IMG/VR virus record: IMGVR_UViG_3300020375_000072
Origin: an uncultured virus (IMG/VR IMGVR_UViG_3300020375_000072)
Taxonomy: Duplodnaviria > Heunggongvirae > Uroviricota > Caudoviricetes
Direction: 5' to 3' (one strand)
DNA: 64,000 bases
The notes beneath the pieces were generated by a model. The model searched no databases, was not told where the DNA came from, and was given only the letters and a program-made list of their open reading frames with translations. The stretch's first letter is position 1. Every line of letters begins with the position of its first letter. This document shows positions 9,447-20,101 of this stretch, one piece after another. The translations under genes were made by a program, and so were the position numbers.

Positions 9447-10454
9447 ATGAGTATTTTTACTGATATCAAATATCTAAATCTAGCCTCTTCACATTTACAA
9501 TCATTTAAGAAAAAGGGAGAACATCTTTGGAATTTCCGCTGCCCTATTTGTGGAGATTCTCAAAAGAATAAAGCTAAGGCTAGAGGATATGTTTATAGAA
9601 AACAAAATGCATTATTCTATAAATGTCATAATTGTGGTGATGGTAGATCTGTATCTAATCTTGTAAAATTTTTAAGTGTAGATATACATAAACAGTATGT
9701 TCTTGAGGTTTATAAAGATGGAGAAAATAGATATACAAAACCAAAAGAAAAACCAAAATATGAATTCAGGCGACCTTCCTTTAAAAAGAAACATCAAATA
9801 AAATTACCAAATATTAGATCTCTTCCTGTTGAACATTATGCTAAACAATATGTGTTAAATAGGAAAGTTCCTCTCAATTTTCATTCTTTATTATATTATA
9901 CTGATGACTTTAAACAATGGGTAAATAGTATTGTAGAAGGAACAAAATATGAATTACAAGAAAAAGATTCTAGATTAGTAATTCCATTTTTTGATAAAAA
10001 GGGAAATTTAATAGGCGCACAAGGAAGAGCATTAGATCAATCAGAATTAAAATATATCACAATTAAAATTAGTGAAGATTTTAAAAAGATATTTGGACTT
10101 GATAGAGTTGATATTAACAAACATGTATATGTAGTAGAGGGTCCAATTGATTCTATGTTTCTGGATAATTGTATCGCAATGGCTGGATCAGATATTTCTG
10201 ATTTGTCTTTTATTAAAGATAAGGTTATTGTATATGACAATGAACCAAGAAATAATGAAATTGTTAAAAAATTAGAGAAGCAAATAATTCAGAATAATTC
10301 TGTATGTATTTGGCCTTCTAACTTGAAATTTAAAGATATTAATGATATAATAATATCTGGAATAAAAAAAGAAAAAATAAAATCAATTATAGATGAAAAT
10401 ACATTTAAAGGTCCAGTAGCCACTCTTAAATTAAATTCTTGGAGAAAGATATGA
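9447..10454 (+). CDS. gp61: DNA primase (T4 gp61-like)
   Basis: Zn finger NFRCPICGDS...YKCHNCG; GAQGRAL; TOPRIM motifs VVEGPIDSMF, YDNEPRN and KDIND. Confidence 0.95.
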   Translation: MSIFTDIKYLNLASSHLQSFKKKGEHLWNFRCPICGDSQKNKAKARGYVYRKQNALFYKCHNCGDGRSVSNLVKFLSVDIHKQYVLEVYKDGENRYTKPKEKPKYEFRRPSFKKKHQIKLPNIRSLPVEHYAKQYVLNRKVPLNFHSLLYYTDDFKQWVNSIVEGTKYELQEKDSRLVIPFFDKKGNLIGAQGRALDQSELKYITIKISEDFKKIFGLDRVDINKHVYVVEGPIDSMFLDNCIAMAGSDISDLSFIKDKVIVYDNEPRNNEIVKKLEKQIIQNNSVCIWPSNLKFKDINDIIISGIKKEKIKSIIDENTFKGPVATLKLNSWRKI

Positions 10455-10630
10455 AATATATGGTTGTAATAGAATCACCAGAAGGACAAATTGTTAAATC
10501 TGAAATTCAAGCAGATACTATAACAGAAGCGAAACAAATTGTGTTTGGTATAACTACATATCCCTCAGGTAATATGAGTGATAAAACAAAATATGCAGAT
10601 CATACATTTATTAGAGCTGTTGAAATTTAA
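10451..10630 (+). CDS. small hypothetical protein
   Basis: ATGA overlap with the primase stop; GGAG RBS. Confidence 0.6.
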   Translation: MKYMVVIESPEGQIVKSEIQADTITEAKQIVFGITTYPSGNMSDKTKYADHTFIRAVEI

Positions 10631-10632
10631 TT

Positions 10633-11379
10633 ATGACAAACAGTATAAATCATGAAGGAGTTGATTTTCACTTTTATACGGGTGAAAGAAAACCCGCCAG
10701 AGATCTTGTTTTAAAATATCATTATTCTGGAAGATGCCATAATAATCCAATTTTAGTTGGAAGTCTTCATTTAAATGGTGGATTATTTGGTGATAAAGGA
10801 GAAATTGTTGCTGCATGTTTTTTTGCGTTGTCTAATAATAATACATGGTCAGTGAAGAAAGTTAATGTTATTGAGCTTGTTAGATTAGTTAGGAAAGAAA
10901 GTATCAAAGCGCCTCTTAGTTGGCTTATATCAAAAACTATCAAAGCTTTAAAGAGAAAAGGTGGTTATGATATTGCGATTTCTTATGCAGATGCTACACA
11001 AAAACATCATGGAGGAATTTATCAGGCGTGTTCTTGGAATTATCATGCATATAGACAACCAGGAGAAGATGGTTTAATAATTGATGGAGAATTTGTTCCA
11101 CGTAGAAGCGTTTCAACTAGATTTGGAACTTATTCTAAAGGGAAATTGGGAGAAATGTTTGATGAAGTTAAAGATGATCCTGGAATTTTGGCATTCGCTG
11201 GTGAAAAGGAAACAGTTAAAACTATTGAATGGACTGAACATATTGATCAAGGTAAATATTTATACTGGATTCCATTAAATAAAAAAGGAAAACATATTGC
11301 GACAAAAGAATTGGATTTTGAGAACAATGTATATCCAAAACCTGAGAAAGAGTCATGTCAACAAGGAACGAAAAATTAA
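10633..11379 (+). CDS. Mom-like adenine-modification enzyme (GNAT fold)
   Basis: KYHYS, ELVRLV, SWLISKTIK and ISYADATQKHHGGIYQACSW match the Mu Mom family pattern. Confidence 0.8.
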   Translation: MTNSINHEGVDFHFYTGERKPARDLVLKYHYSGRCHNNPILVGSLHLNGGLFGDKGEIVAACFFALSNNNTWSVKKVNVIELVRLVRKESIKAPLSWLISKTIKALKRKGGYDIAISYADATQKHHGGIYQACSWNYHAYRQPGEDGLIIDGEFVPRRSVSTRFGTYSKGKLGEMFDEVKDDPGILAFAGEKETVKTIEWTEHIDQGKYLYWIPLNKKGKHIATKELDFENNVYPKPEKESCQQGTKN

Positions 11380-11999
11380 ATAATTCTACAGATAATCGAG
11401 GAGAATATAAAGTTTTAATAGATTCAGTAAAATTAGTTTCTGAATTGCCAGGACTTACTTGTGAAATAGGAGTAAGGGCTGGAGGATCTAGTTATAAAAT
11501 TATGAGAGAAAAGCAGAGATGTGATGATAAAAGTATACATATTGGTATTGATCCTTTTGGTAATATATTATGGACAACTGAAGGAGATAAAAAGATTCGT
11601 TTAGATTACAATAATAAAATGAAACGAAAAATGTTGAGAGATATGTATGCATGGTGTTGTGAAAATGAATTAGAATTTTTATATTTTCCATTGGAAGATA
11701 CGGAATTTTTTAAAAGATATTCTGATGGAGTGCCAATATATGATGAAGAAAAAAGAATAGAAAATCAATATAAATTAGTTTTTTTTGATGGTCCACATCA
11801 ATATGAACCAGTAAAAGTTGAAGTAGATTTTTTTATAGATAAAATACCTTCTGGTGGAGTTATGGTATTTGATGATTGGGAATGGTATGATCATTCTAAA
11901 ATACAAACAATGCTTTTAAATAGAGGATATTCAACTGTTGATGTTGAAATTAATAAAGGTCCTGGAGCGTCTGGAACTATTTCATATATTAAGAAGTGA
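11355..11999 (+). CDS. class I SAM-dependent methyltransferase
   Basis: CEIGVRAGGS, GIDPF, FFDGPH and GGVMVFDD motifs. Confidence 0.8.
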   Translation: MSTRNEKLNNSTDNRGEYKVLIDSVKLVSELPGLTCEIGVRAGGSSYKIMREKQRCDDKSIHIGIDPFGNILWTTEGDKKIRLDYNNKMKRKMLRDMYAWCCENELEFLYFPLEDTEFFKRYSDGVPIYDEEKRIENQYKLVFFDGPHQYEPVKVEVDFFIDKIPSGGVMVFDDWEWYDHSKIQTMLLNRGYSTVDVEINKGPGASGTISYIKK

Positions 12000-12005
12000 G
12001 GAATT

Positions 12006-12605
12006 ATGAGTTGGATTGATGAAGTTTATGATAAAGAATTTGCTAACCTCTTAGATGAAGAACCCACGTTAGCAAGATCTAATACATTTAGAAAAGTTTT
12101 TGAATATTTGATAGGAACGGATAGAAAATATTATCAAATAATTGAAACTGGATCTTTAAGAGCATTGGATCAATGGGGAGATGGTCAGAGTACTAGATTA
12201 TTTGATTCATTTGTAAATTATTATGATGGTGAAATAATTTCAATAGATAATAGAGAAGAATGTACAACATTAACTGAGGAAAATACTACTTCTAAAGTTA
12301 CAGCACTTACCGGAGACAGTTTAGAAGTTTTGAGTGAAATAGAAATATGTGCAGACCTATTATATTTGGATTCTTTTGATTATATACCAGGAAAAGAATT
12401 GGAATCTGGATTACATCATTTGTATGAAATGATGTGCTGTATGAATATTATTGATGATGAAACTCTTATTGTGGTTGATGACACAGACGAGAGTGGAGAA
12501 GGTAAGGGTAAATATATTTTAGAATTTATTCAAAGAAGTAATAGAGAAATAATTTTCAATGAAGGTAGACAATTAGCATTTACTATGAAGGGGGAGAAGG
12601 AATGA
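12006..12605 (+). CDS. class I SAM-dependent methyltransferase-like protein
   Basis: IIETGS, ISID, GDS, DLLYLDS and IVVDD motifs. Confidence 0.75.
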   Translation: MSWIDEVYDKEFANLLDEEPTLARSNTFRKVFEYLIGTDRKYYQIIETGSLRALDQWGDGQSTRLFDSFVNYYDGEIISIDNREECTTLTEENTTSKVTALTGDSLEVLSEIEICADLLYLDSFDYIPGKELESGLHHLYEMMCCMNIIDDETLIVVDDTDESGEGKGKYILEFIQRSNREIIFNEGRQLAFTMKGEKE

Positions 12606-13573
12606 GGCTTACTATATTTCAAGAAAGATTGCCATTACCCGTTCAAGGTTATGGTGGAACGGAAAGAGTATCACAATCACAATTTATCGGTCAATGTGAG
12701 TTAAACAAACATGAAGTGACATTGGTTTGTAGAAGTGAATCTACAATTTCTCATCCAAATGGAAAAGTAATTAAACTTGATGAAAATATTTTACAAGACC
12801 TTAGAAAAGGAAAATTAAAGGTTGAAGATTATATTCCAGATGGTGATATTATGTTGGTACAATTTCCTGAAGAGACTGATCCTATGGATTTAGAAGGTAC
12901 AAGTTATAAACGAGTTTCTGTTTGTAATGGAGATATTGGAGAAAAAACAGGAAGCAATTGTCAAGTATTTCTTACTCAGGGTCATAAAGCGACACATGAA
13001 ACATTTAGATCAGGTGATTATAGTAAAAATAAATATGTGATTAACAATGGAATAGTCCCTTATGATTTTGAATTGAGGAAGAGTGGTAATAAAATTGTTT
13101 GGATGGGTTCATTAGACGGGAGAAAAAGTCCAGAATTAGTTCAACAAATAGCGGATGAATTGGGTTGGTTTATAAAAGCTGCGGGATCACATGGAACACT
13201 TAAACATCCTAGAGTTGAATGGTGTGGAGAATTACAAACAGAGAAAGATAAAAGTAAATTTTTTTCTGATGCGGAAGTTTATATACATACCGCCTACTCA
13301 CCAAATTTTAATGAACCTTTTGGATTATCTATAGTAGAAGCACAGTTTTGTGGTGTACCTGTTGTTGGATTACAATCAGGAGGAGTATCTGAAGTAGTTT
13401 ATGATTCTAGTTATATTTTTAATGATGTAAAAGATATGGTAGATTGTTTAAGAAAGAAACCATATTTAAAACACAAATCAGAAGATATTAGAGATTGGAC
13501 AATTGAAAAATTTTCACACACAGCAATGGTAGAAAATTATAATAAATTATTTGAAAAAGTTTTAAGTGAATAA
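12602..13573 (+). CDS. GT-B glycosyltransferase (GT4-like)
   Basis: YGGTER N-terminus; EPFGLSIVEAQFCGVPVV...GGVSEVV. Confidence 0.9.
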   Translation: MRLTIFQERLPLPVQGYGGTERVSQSQFIGQCELNKHEVTLVCRSESTISHPNGKVIKLDENILQDLRKGKLKVEDYIPDGDIMLVQFPEETDPMDLEGTSYKRVSVCNGDIGEKTGSNCQVFLTQGHKATHETFRSGDYSKNKYVINNGIVPYDFELRKSGNKIVWMGSLDGRKSPELVQQIADELGWFIKAAGSHGTLKHPRVEWCGELQTEKDKSKFFSDAEVYIHTAYSPNFNEPFGLSIVEAQFCGVPVVGLQSGGVSEVVYDSSYIFNDVKDMVDCLRKKPYLKHKSEDIRDWTIEKFSHTAMVENYNKLFEKVLSE

Positions 13574-14177
13574 TATTATATTAATATCATATCTCTCTGG
13601 TTCATCGGGGCAATTTCTTGAACATTTTTTAATGAAACATGCAGGAATATTTAATAAAGGAAAAACAGTAATTTATGAGACTAATGAATGGGATGTTAAA
13701 TATTATTGTCTTGGGAACCCTCGCGAGGATATTGCAATTCCAATTGTGCAGAAATCAGAAAGAATAGAAAAGTATATATTAAATAATTCGTTTGATACTG
13801 GTACAGATACACTTACTATTTCATGTCATGAATTAACAAAAAATTATAAATTAGAAAATAAAAATGTATCTATTTTAGGTATAGATGTAGAAGATGATAT
13901 TTCTAAAAGATATGTACGTAATTTATCTCTATTAAAGGAAAATAAGGGAGATGACATAACAAAATATTATAAAGATTATGAAAGCGGAATAAAGTCTCAA
14001 AATGTTCCTTATTATTTTATAAATTATAAAAAATTCTTTATAGATCAAGAATTGGATGAATATATAAATTTGTGTAAATTTTTAAATATAAAATCTAATA
14101 TTAAAATGTATATGAAAAACATAGATTATTACATGTATGAAAATGACAGACTATTAGATGAGCATAAACTCCTATGA
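13566..14177 (+). CDS. hypothetical protein, possibly sulfotransferase/P-loop-like
   Basis: GTG start; ISYLSGSSGQFL N-terminal loop; very AT-rich. Confidence 0.5.
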   Translation: MNNIILISYLSGSSGQFLEHFLMKHAGIFNKGKTVIYETNEWDVKYYCLGNPREDIAIPIVQKSERIEKYILNNSFDTGTDTLTISCHELTKNYKLENKNVSILGIDVEDDISKRYVRNLSLLKENKGDDITKYYKDYESGIKSQNVPYYFINYKKFFIDQELDEYINLCKFLNIKSNIKMYMKNIDYYMYENDRLLDEHKLL

Positions 14178-15001
14178 TTCTTGATACTATTATGTTTGTT
14201 GGTTATGCTAATGAAGTTGATATTTTAGAATTCAGATTAGAAGAATATTACGATATTGTAGATAACTTCCTTATTATAGAAGGAACACACACTTTTCAAG
14301 GAGATGAAAAACCATTACATTTTAAAGATGTATTTTCTAAACAGGATAGATTTAAAAAATATATGGATAAAGTTGAAATGGTTACTTTTAATTCTTTAGC
14401 AAAAGGAGAAGAAAGTAAAATTCCTTCAGATTTTAAACCAAATTATTCAGACCCCATTTCTAGTTGGAATGATCATAATCAAAGAAGATTAATTACAGAT
14501 ATTTGTAGTGATTGGGGATTAACAAAAGATGATATAATAATTATTGCGGATTGTGATGAAATATATGATAAGCAATATTTACCCAAATTACTAGAAAGCG
14601 CATTACCATGTGCAGGATATTTACATTTATCAACGTATTTTATTAATGTGTGGAGACGGAATTCTTGGAGCGGTGGATATATTATGAACTTTGATTCAGA
14701 TTTTGATTTAGAGAATACAAGACATAACAGAGATGATAGACATATGAATTTTCCATTTGATCAAACTAAAACTGGTTGGCATTTGGCGTGGTTGGGTACT
14801 GCTGAACAAATAGCAGTTAAAATATTAAGTGGAGGACACACAGATCATAATCATCATGCTAATAATTTAAATAATTTAAAAGAAAAAATACACAATTTGG
14901 AATGGTTTGATTCAAATGAACAGTTCATTTTAAATAATGATATTGTTCCTTCATTTTTTAAGCAAGATAGATTCAAACATCTTTTTAGAGGTGAATTATG
15001 A
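14174..15001 (+). CDS. GT17-like N-acetylglucosaminyltransferase-family protein
   Basis: NEVDILEFRL, EGTHTFQG, IIADCDEI and GWHLAW motifs. Confidence 0.8.
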   Translation: MILDTIMFVGYANEVDILEFRLEEYYDIVDNFLIIEGTHTFQGDEKPLHFKDVFSKQDRFKKYMDKVEMVTFNSLAKGEESKIPSDFKPNYSDPISSWNDHNQRRLITDICSDWGLTKDDIIIIADCDEIYDKQYLPKLLESALPCAGYLHLSTYFINVWRRNSWSGGYIMNFDSDFDLENTRHNRDDRHMNFPFDQTKTGWHLAWLGTAEQIAVKILSGGHTDHNHHANNLNNLKEKIHNLEWFDSNEQFILNNDIVPSFFKQDRFKHLFRGEL

Positions 15002-15807
15002 AAACAGCAGTTTGGATGACAGGAGGAATGAGGTCACATTGGAAAGAGCGATGTTTAAAATCCTTTAAGGAAAAAATTTTAGATGTTTTAGATTGTGATT
15101 TATATATTTCAACAGCAAGAACTCAAGGTGGGGAAGAGGAAACAATAAAAGAAATATATCCTGATGCAAAATTAAATTACATTACAGAAGTTGATGAGAT
15201 TCCAGGAGGACCAAATATACCTATACAAACCAATGATGATATTGTACAATGTTTAACTTGGTATAGAATTTGGGATGCTAGAAGAATGATGGAAGAAAGT
15301 GGAGTGCAGTATGATTTAGTTATCAGAGTAAGACCTGATTTAGAATATCGTGGCGATTTTCCATTTTTCGTTTTTAACCCTTCTCATATATGTTGGATAT
15401 ATCAACATCCTTGGAAACAAAAAAATCTGATGGAATATGATGATAGATTTGCTGTAGGATCTTTAGGAATAATGTTGTGGTATTCTGAATTATATAATCA
15501 TTTACCAGAACATAAACTGAGAGGATCTAAATTTGGAATCGATCACCATCCGCGAGGTTGGATAGGGGGGGCGAATAGTGAACATAATTTATTTTGTCAT
15601 ATGAATCAATATAAAGTAGCACATTTTATTTTAAATAATGAATTAGAACAAAATCATTTTCATATACCAAGAGATGGTGGAACGGAAGGTATTGATTGTT
15701 TATTGGCTATTTCATCTATAGCAACAATACGGGATAATGATCCTGATTTACCTCCTGAAAATTGGAAAGATTTTGTTCCATTTAAAGATCAATGGAGGCC
15801 ATTTTGA
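14998..15807 (+). CDS. putative GT-A glycosyltransferase
   Basis: KTAVWMTGGMR, YDLVIRVRPDL and DDRFAVG motifs. Confidence 0.65.
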   Translation: MKTAVWMTGGMRSHWKERCLKSFKEKILDVLDCDLYISTARTQGGEEETIKEIYPDAKLNYITEVDEIPGGPNIPIQTNDDIVQCLTWYRIWDARRMMEESGVQYDLVIRVRPDLEYRGDFPFFVFNPSHICWIYQHPWKQKNLMEYDDRFAVGSLGIMLWYSELYNHLPEHKLRGSKFGIDHHPRGWIGGANSEHNLFCHMNQYKVAHFILNNELEQNHFHIPRDGGTEGIDCLLAISSIATIRDNDPDLPPENWKDFVPFKDQWRPF

Positions 15808-16376
15808 TTAAATTAGTAATATTAGATGTTGATGGTGTTTTAACAACCGGAAAAAAATATTATAATAGAGAAGGTGAGGTTAAATTAAAATCATTTTGTG
15901 ATAAAGATTGGACATCAATTAAAAGATTTCAAGCAATAGGCATTCCAGTTATTTTTATTACAGGAGATCCATATAATAAACAAATACTTGATAATAGAAA
16001 TCTGGAAAATTATATTTGTAGAAGTGGGGTATTTCGAGAAGAGTTTAAAAAAGATGAAGTGGTTGAAGTACTTGATAAGGCTGAACTTTTGCCAGAAATA
16101 TGTGAAAAGTATGATTGTAGTGTAAGAGAAATAGTATATGCTGGTGATGATTTATTAGATATTGGAATTATGAGAAAAATAGAATGGACTTTTTGTCCTC
16201 AAGATGCACCACAAATGGTAAAAGATATAGCGTCCAGTACATTAAAGCAAAATGGTGGAGATAATTTTGTTGTAGCTCTTTTTGAATCTTTGGAGGTTCT
16301 AAAACTTATACCAACTTATTCATTTGATGAAGTGATTGATAAGATATATGCACTGGATGCAAAAGAAAAATTTTAA
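15804..16376 (+). CDS. KdsC-like HAD phosphatase
   Basis: IKLVILDVDGVLT and YAGDDLLD motifs; TTG start after GGAGG preferred (ORF track starts at 15792). Confidence 0.85.
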   Translation: MIKLVILDVDGVLTTGKKYYNREGEVKLKSFCDKDWTSIKRFQAIGIPVIFITGDPYNKQILDNRNLENYICRSGVFREEFKKDEVVEVLDKAELLPEICEKYDCSVREIVYAGDDLLDIGIMRKIEWTFCPQDAPQMVKDIASSTLKQNGGDNFVVALFESLEVLKLIPTYSFDEVIDKIYALDAKEKF

Positions 16377-17026
16377 TGTATGATATATCTCTATATGGAC
16401 ATTTGACCGTTGATAGAATTTTTGAAAAATTTAATAAAAGAAATGGATTAGGTTCTATCGCAAATGTTTGGAAGGCTTTGATAAATGAGAGTCCTGAATT
16501 AAAACTATATATTTGTCCAACTGAAATTGGGTCTGCAATTGTTTATATAGATAAAGATATAGGTGAAAGATATTCAAAGGCATCTTTATCTAATTTTATA
16601 CAAAAACCAGAAATAAAAAATTCAAAAATTAATCATATTCTTTATTTGAATGAACTTAAAAAACCATCCTTTATTCCTCTATTAGAAGGAATTAATTGTG
16701 CTGATATTTGTGTTGGTAAAAAAGTTAATTATTTATTATTGAAATATATAGATTATCTATTCATCGCTGATGAAGATTGCGACGATTATGAAGAATTAAA
16801 AAAACATACCAGAGGAAAAGTTATAGTGCATAGCTCAAATGGAAGTTATTGGGAAGATGGTTCTTATGATTTACCGCCATCACAGATTTTAAAAAATGTA
16901 AATGTATTGGGAGCAGGAGATATATTTGCGGCGAATTTTATGCTTGGATTATTAGAAAATTATTCTTTTCCCAAAATAATTGAAGAAGCACATCTTAAAA
17001 CAACTGAAAGGTTATCTAATGGTTAA
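16376..17026 (+). CDS. PfkB/ribokinase-family sugar kinase
   Basis: GHLTVD N-terminus; NVLGAGDIFAA anion-hole motif. Confidence 0.75.
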   Translation: MYDISLYGHLTVDRIFEKFNKRNGLGSIANVWKALINESPELKLYICPTEIGSAIVYIDKDIGERYSKASLSNFIQKPEIKNSKINHILYLNELKKPSFIPLLEGINCADICVGKKVNYLLLKYIDYLFIADEDCDDYEELKKHTRGKVIVHSSNGSYWEDGSYDLPPSQILKNVNVLGAGDIFAANFMLGLLENYSFPKIIEEAHLKTTERLSNG

Positions 17027-18182
17027 TGTATTAATACCAATGGCGGGAGCAGGAAGTCGATTTGTAAAACAGGGCATTAAATCTCCAAAACAACTTTTGT
17101 CAGTTAGAGGTAGACATGTTCTTGATATATCATTAGAGAGTATGTTGGGATGGGAAAATAATTATAATAATTTAATTTTTATTGTCAGGGATGAACAAGT
17201 ATATAATTTTCATATTGATAAAGTATTAAAACAGAAATATGGAGATAAAATAAAAATTGTTACTACAGATGGATTAACTGAGGGGTCTGTATGTAGTTGT
17301 CTTTTAGCAGAAGAATATATTAATAATAAAGATCCTTTAGTTATTAATACTTTAGATATTGAATTTAGACCACAATTTAATATTCATGAAATGTCTGATA
17401 TTGTATCAGATGGTTTAATATTAACTTTTAAATCCAATTCTTCAAATTATAGTTATGCAAGTTTAGATAATATGGGAAATGTTATAAAAACTGCAGAGAA
17501 AAAAGTGATAAGTCCAAATGCTTGTGTTGGAATTTATGGATTTAAAAGAGGAGAACAATTTGTAAAATATGCGAAAGATATGATTAAGAGAGATATTAGA
17601 CAAAATAATGAATTCTATATTTCTCCATTGTATAATCTATTAATAGAAGATGGATTAAAAATAAAAACAAAACCAGTATTAAAAATGCATATTTTTGGAA
17701 CTCCAGAAGAATATGAATTTTATAAAAATAACGTAGCGAAAAAAATACAAGATAAACCAGTATGTTTGGCATCAGATCATTCTGGATTTGATGCAAAAGA
17801 AACAACAAAAAAGATATTAGAAAAAAATAATATAGAGTATATAGATTTTGGGCCTGTGATTGGTAGTGATTGTGATTATAAAGATTATATTTCTCAAGCA
17901 GCAAAGGCTATTAATAATAAAGAATCTGATTTTGGATTTGGATTTTGTCGAACTGGACAGGGTGTAAATATGTGTGCTAACAAATATAAAGGAATTAGAT
18001 CAGCACTAATCTATGATGAAATGGCAATGGAAATGGCTATACGTCATAATTGTGCAAACTTTTTTGCAGTTCCTGGTGGTGCTACATTTTCAGAATCTAG
18101 AATGGAAAAATTTATACAAATTTGTAAAGAAGAAACATTTGACGGCGGTAGACATCAAGAAAGAGTGCAAAATTTAGAATGA
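17019..18182 (+). CDS. sugar-nucleotidyltransferase fused to an RpiB/LacAB sugar-phosphate isomerase
   Basis: N-terminal LIPMAGAGSRF, AEKKVIS, NNEFYISP and FGTPEE; C-terminal ASDHSG, CRTGQG, ANKYKGIR, RHNCAN and FDGGRH. Confidence 0.9.
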   Translation: MVNVLIPMAGAGSRFVKQGIKSPKQLLSVRGRHVLDISLESMLGWENNYNNLIFIVRDEQVYNFHIDKVLKQKYGDKIKIVTTDGLTEGSVCSCLLAEEYINNKDPLVINTLDIEFRPQFNIHEMSDIVSDGLILTFKSNSSNYSYASLDNMGNVIKTAEKKVISPNACVGIYGFKRGEQFVKYAKDMIKRDIRQNNEFYISPLYNLLIEDGLKIKTKPVLKMHIFGTPEEYEFYKNNVAKKIQDKPVCLASDHSGFDAKETTKKILEKNNIEYIDFGPVIGSDCDYKDYISQAAKAINNKESDFGFGFCRTGQGVNMCANKYKGIRSALIYDEMAMEMAIRHNCANFFAVPGGATFSESRMEKFIQICKEETFDGGRHQERVQNLE

Positions 18183-18529
18183 AAATATCAAATATAGATG
18201 AATATAAAAATGGTTGGTTTGTCGGGGATTTTGATCCGTCAATTTTTAAGAATCCATTTTTTGAAATAGGACATCACAAGCATAAAGCAAATGAGGAAAC
18301 TTTTTCACACACTCATAAAGTAACTACAGAATTAAATTATATTGTTAGTGGTGAATTGAGTATCAAAGCACCAGATCGACACTACATGAAAAGACAAATA
18401 TTAACTGCGGGAGACATGTGGATATATCATGCTAATGATATTTCTGACGTGGAGTTTATTACTGATGTAGAATTAATAGTTATTAGATGGCCGTCAATAC
18501 CTTCAGATAAATATTTGAATAATGAATAA
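18179..18529 (+). CDS. cupin-domain protein
   Basis: GWFVGDFDPS, HTHKVTTE and PSIPSDKY, a family found in polysaccharide loci. Confidence 0.75.
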   Translation: MKISNIDEYKNGWFVGDFDPSIFKNPFFEIGHHKHKANEETFSHTHKVTTELNYIVSGELSIKAPDRHYMKRQILTAGDMWIYHANDISDVEFITDVELIVIRWPSIPSDKYLNNE

Positions 18530-19271
18530 ACTTAATATAATTTTTAGAACTTGTGATGTTGTTGATTCAATACATGGAACAGGAAGACCATTTGGATTAA
18601 CAAAAAAAGAAGTAGTAGATGTTTGTTTCTCATCATTAATAAATTCTCTTAATAAAACAAAGGGAACGTATATAGGTGGTATAAGTCATAATCTTTATAT
18701 AATAGGAGATAAACTTTCTGAGGAAAGAATCGAATACTTAAAACCCCATGCTACTAAAATATATAATGGTGATTTGGGAAACGCTAAATCAATAACTGAA
18801 ACATTTAATTTAGCATCTACCCTTAATGATAATGATTGGGTATATTTTTGTGAAGATGATTATTTACATACTCCTGAAGCAATAACTTATCTTTATGAAT
18901 TATTAATTAATAATGAACAATATTTAAAAGATTTTAAAAATAAAGATTTATTTATTCATCCTGCAGATTATCCAGATAGATATAATAGAGCAGAAGATTT
19001 TTATAATAAATGGCATCTTATAATAAGTAAAGGGTGTCATTGGAGACAAATATATAATACAACATATACCTTTCTTTGTTCTGTCAAATCCTTTAAAAAA
19101 TATAAAGATATTTTTATGAAGTCTGCGGTTAATTGGAATGATGGTCTGTTTTCTGAACATGTTTATAAAAGAGATGATGTTCTTTGTATAAGTCCAATAC
19201 CATCTTTGGCGTGTCACATGCATGAAGTCGCCATGAGCCCATTGGTTGATTGGAAAAAATTAATTGAATAG
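18522..19271 (+). CDS. GT-A (GT2-like) glycosyltransferase
   Basis: VYFCEDDYLH and HPADYPDRY motifs. Confidence 0.75.
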   Translation: MNKLNIIFRTCDVVDSIHGTGRPFGLTKKEVVDVCFSSLINSLNKTKGTYIGGISHNLYIIGDKLSEERIEYLKPHATKIYNGDLGNAKSITETFNLASTLNDNDWVYFCEDDYLHTPEAITYLYELLINNEQYLKDFKNKDLFIHPADYPDRYNRAEDFYNKWHLIISKGCHWRQIYNTTYTFLCSVKSFKKYKDIFMKSAVNWNDGLFSEHVYKRDDVLCISPIPSLACHMHEVAMSPLVDWKKLIE

Positions 19272-19279
19272 GATATATT

Positions 19280-20101
19280 ATGTTAGATGAAAGAAAAGTA
19301 CACAATCATGGATTTGTTAAACTCATTGAAGTTATGGGTGATGATGAAGAAGTGGTTAATGCGGCAAGAATTAGTTATGGTAAGGGAACTAAAAAGTTTT
19401 CTGAAACAAGAAATTTAATTCGATATTTAATGAGACATAAACACACGTCACCTTTTGAGATGTGTGAAGTGAAGTTTCATTTGAAATTACCAATATTTAT
19501 AATGAGACAACTTGTTAGACATAGAACTGCTAATATAAATGAATATTCTGCTAGATATTCTGAAATGTCTGATGAATTTTATGAACCAGAAGACAAATAT
19601 ATTCAAAAACAATCTAAACAAAATAATCAAGGTAGAGGCGATCCAGTAGAAGAAAAAGGATTAATGAAATTTGAAATGAATAGATCGGCTGATGGAGCAT
19701 ATCATGCATATCAACATATGTTGAATTATGATGTTGCTAGAGAATTAGCAAGAATTGTTCTTCCAGTTTCAAATTATACTGAATGTATTTGGAAAATAGA
19801 TTTACATAATTTTTTTCATTTTGTTCATTTAAGATCAGATTTTCATGCACAAATTGAAATACAAGATTATGCTAATGCGATGTATGAATGTATTGAACCA
19901 CATTTTCCCATATGTTGTGAGGCATATGAGGATTATATTAAAAATGGTAAATCTTTTTCAGCTCAAGAAATGAACGTCATTAAAGAACTTTTAAAAAATG
20001 CAGATGCAAAAGCAGCACTAGCAAGATGTATGGCTAATCATGAAGGATTTCATTTAGAAAAATTAGAACAAAAAGAATTTTTATGGAAGCTGGAAGAATA
20101 G
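19280..20101 (+). CDS. thyX: FAD-dependent thymidylate synthase
   Basis: AARISY, HTSPFE, RQLVRHRTANINEYSARY, ELARIVLP and HAQIEI motifs. Confidence 0.97.
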   Translation: MLDERKVHNHGFVKLIEVMGDDEEVVNAARISYGKGTKKFSETRNLIRYLMRHKHTSPFEMCEVKFHLKLPIFIMRQLVRHRTANINEYSARYSEMSDEFYEPEDKYIQKQSKQNNQGRGDPVEEKGLMKFEMNRSADGAYHAYQHMLNYDVARELARIVLPVSNYTECIWKIDLHNFFHFVHLRSDFHAQIEIQDYANAMYECIEPHFPICCEAYEDYIKNGKSFSAQEMNVIKELLKNADAKAALARCMANHEGFHLEKLEQKEFLWKLEE

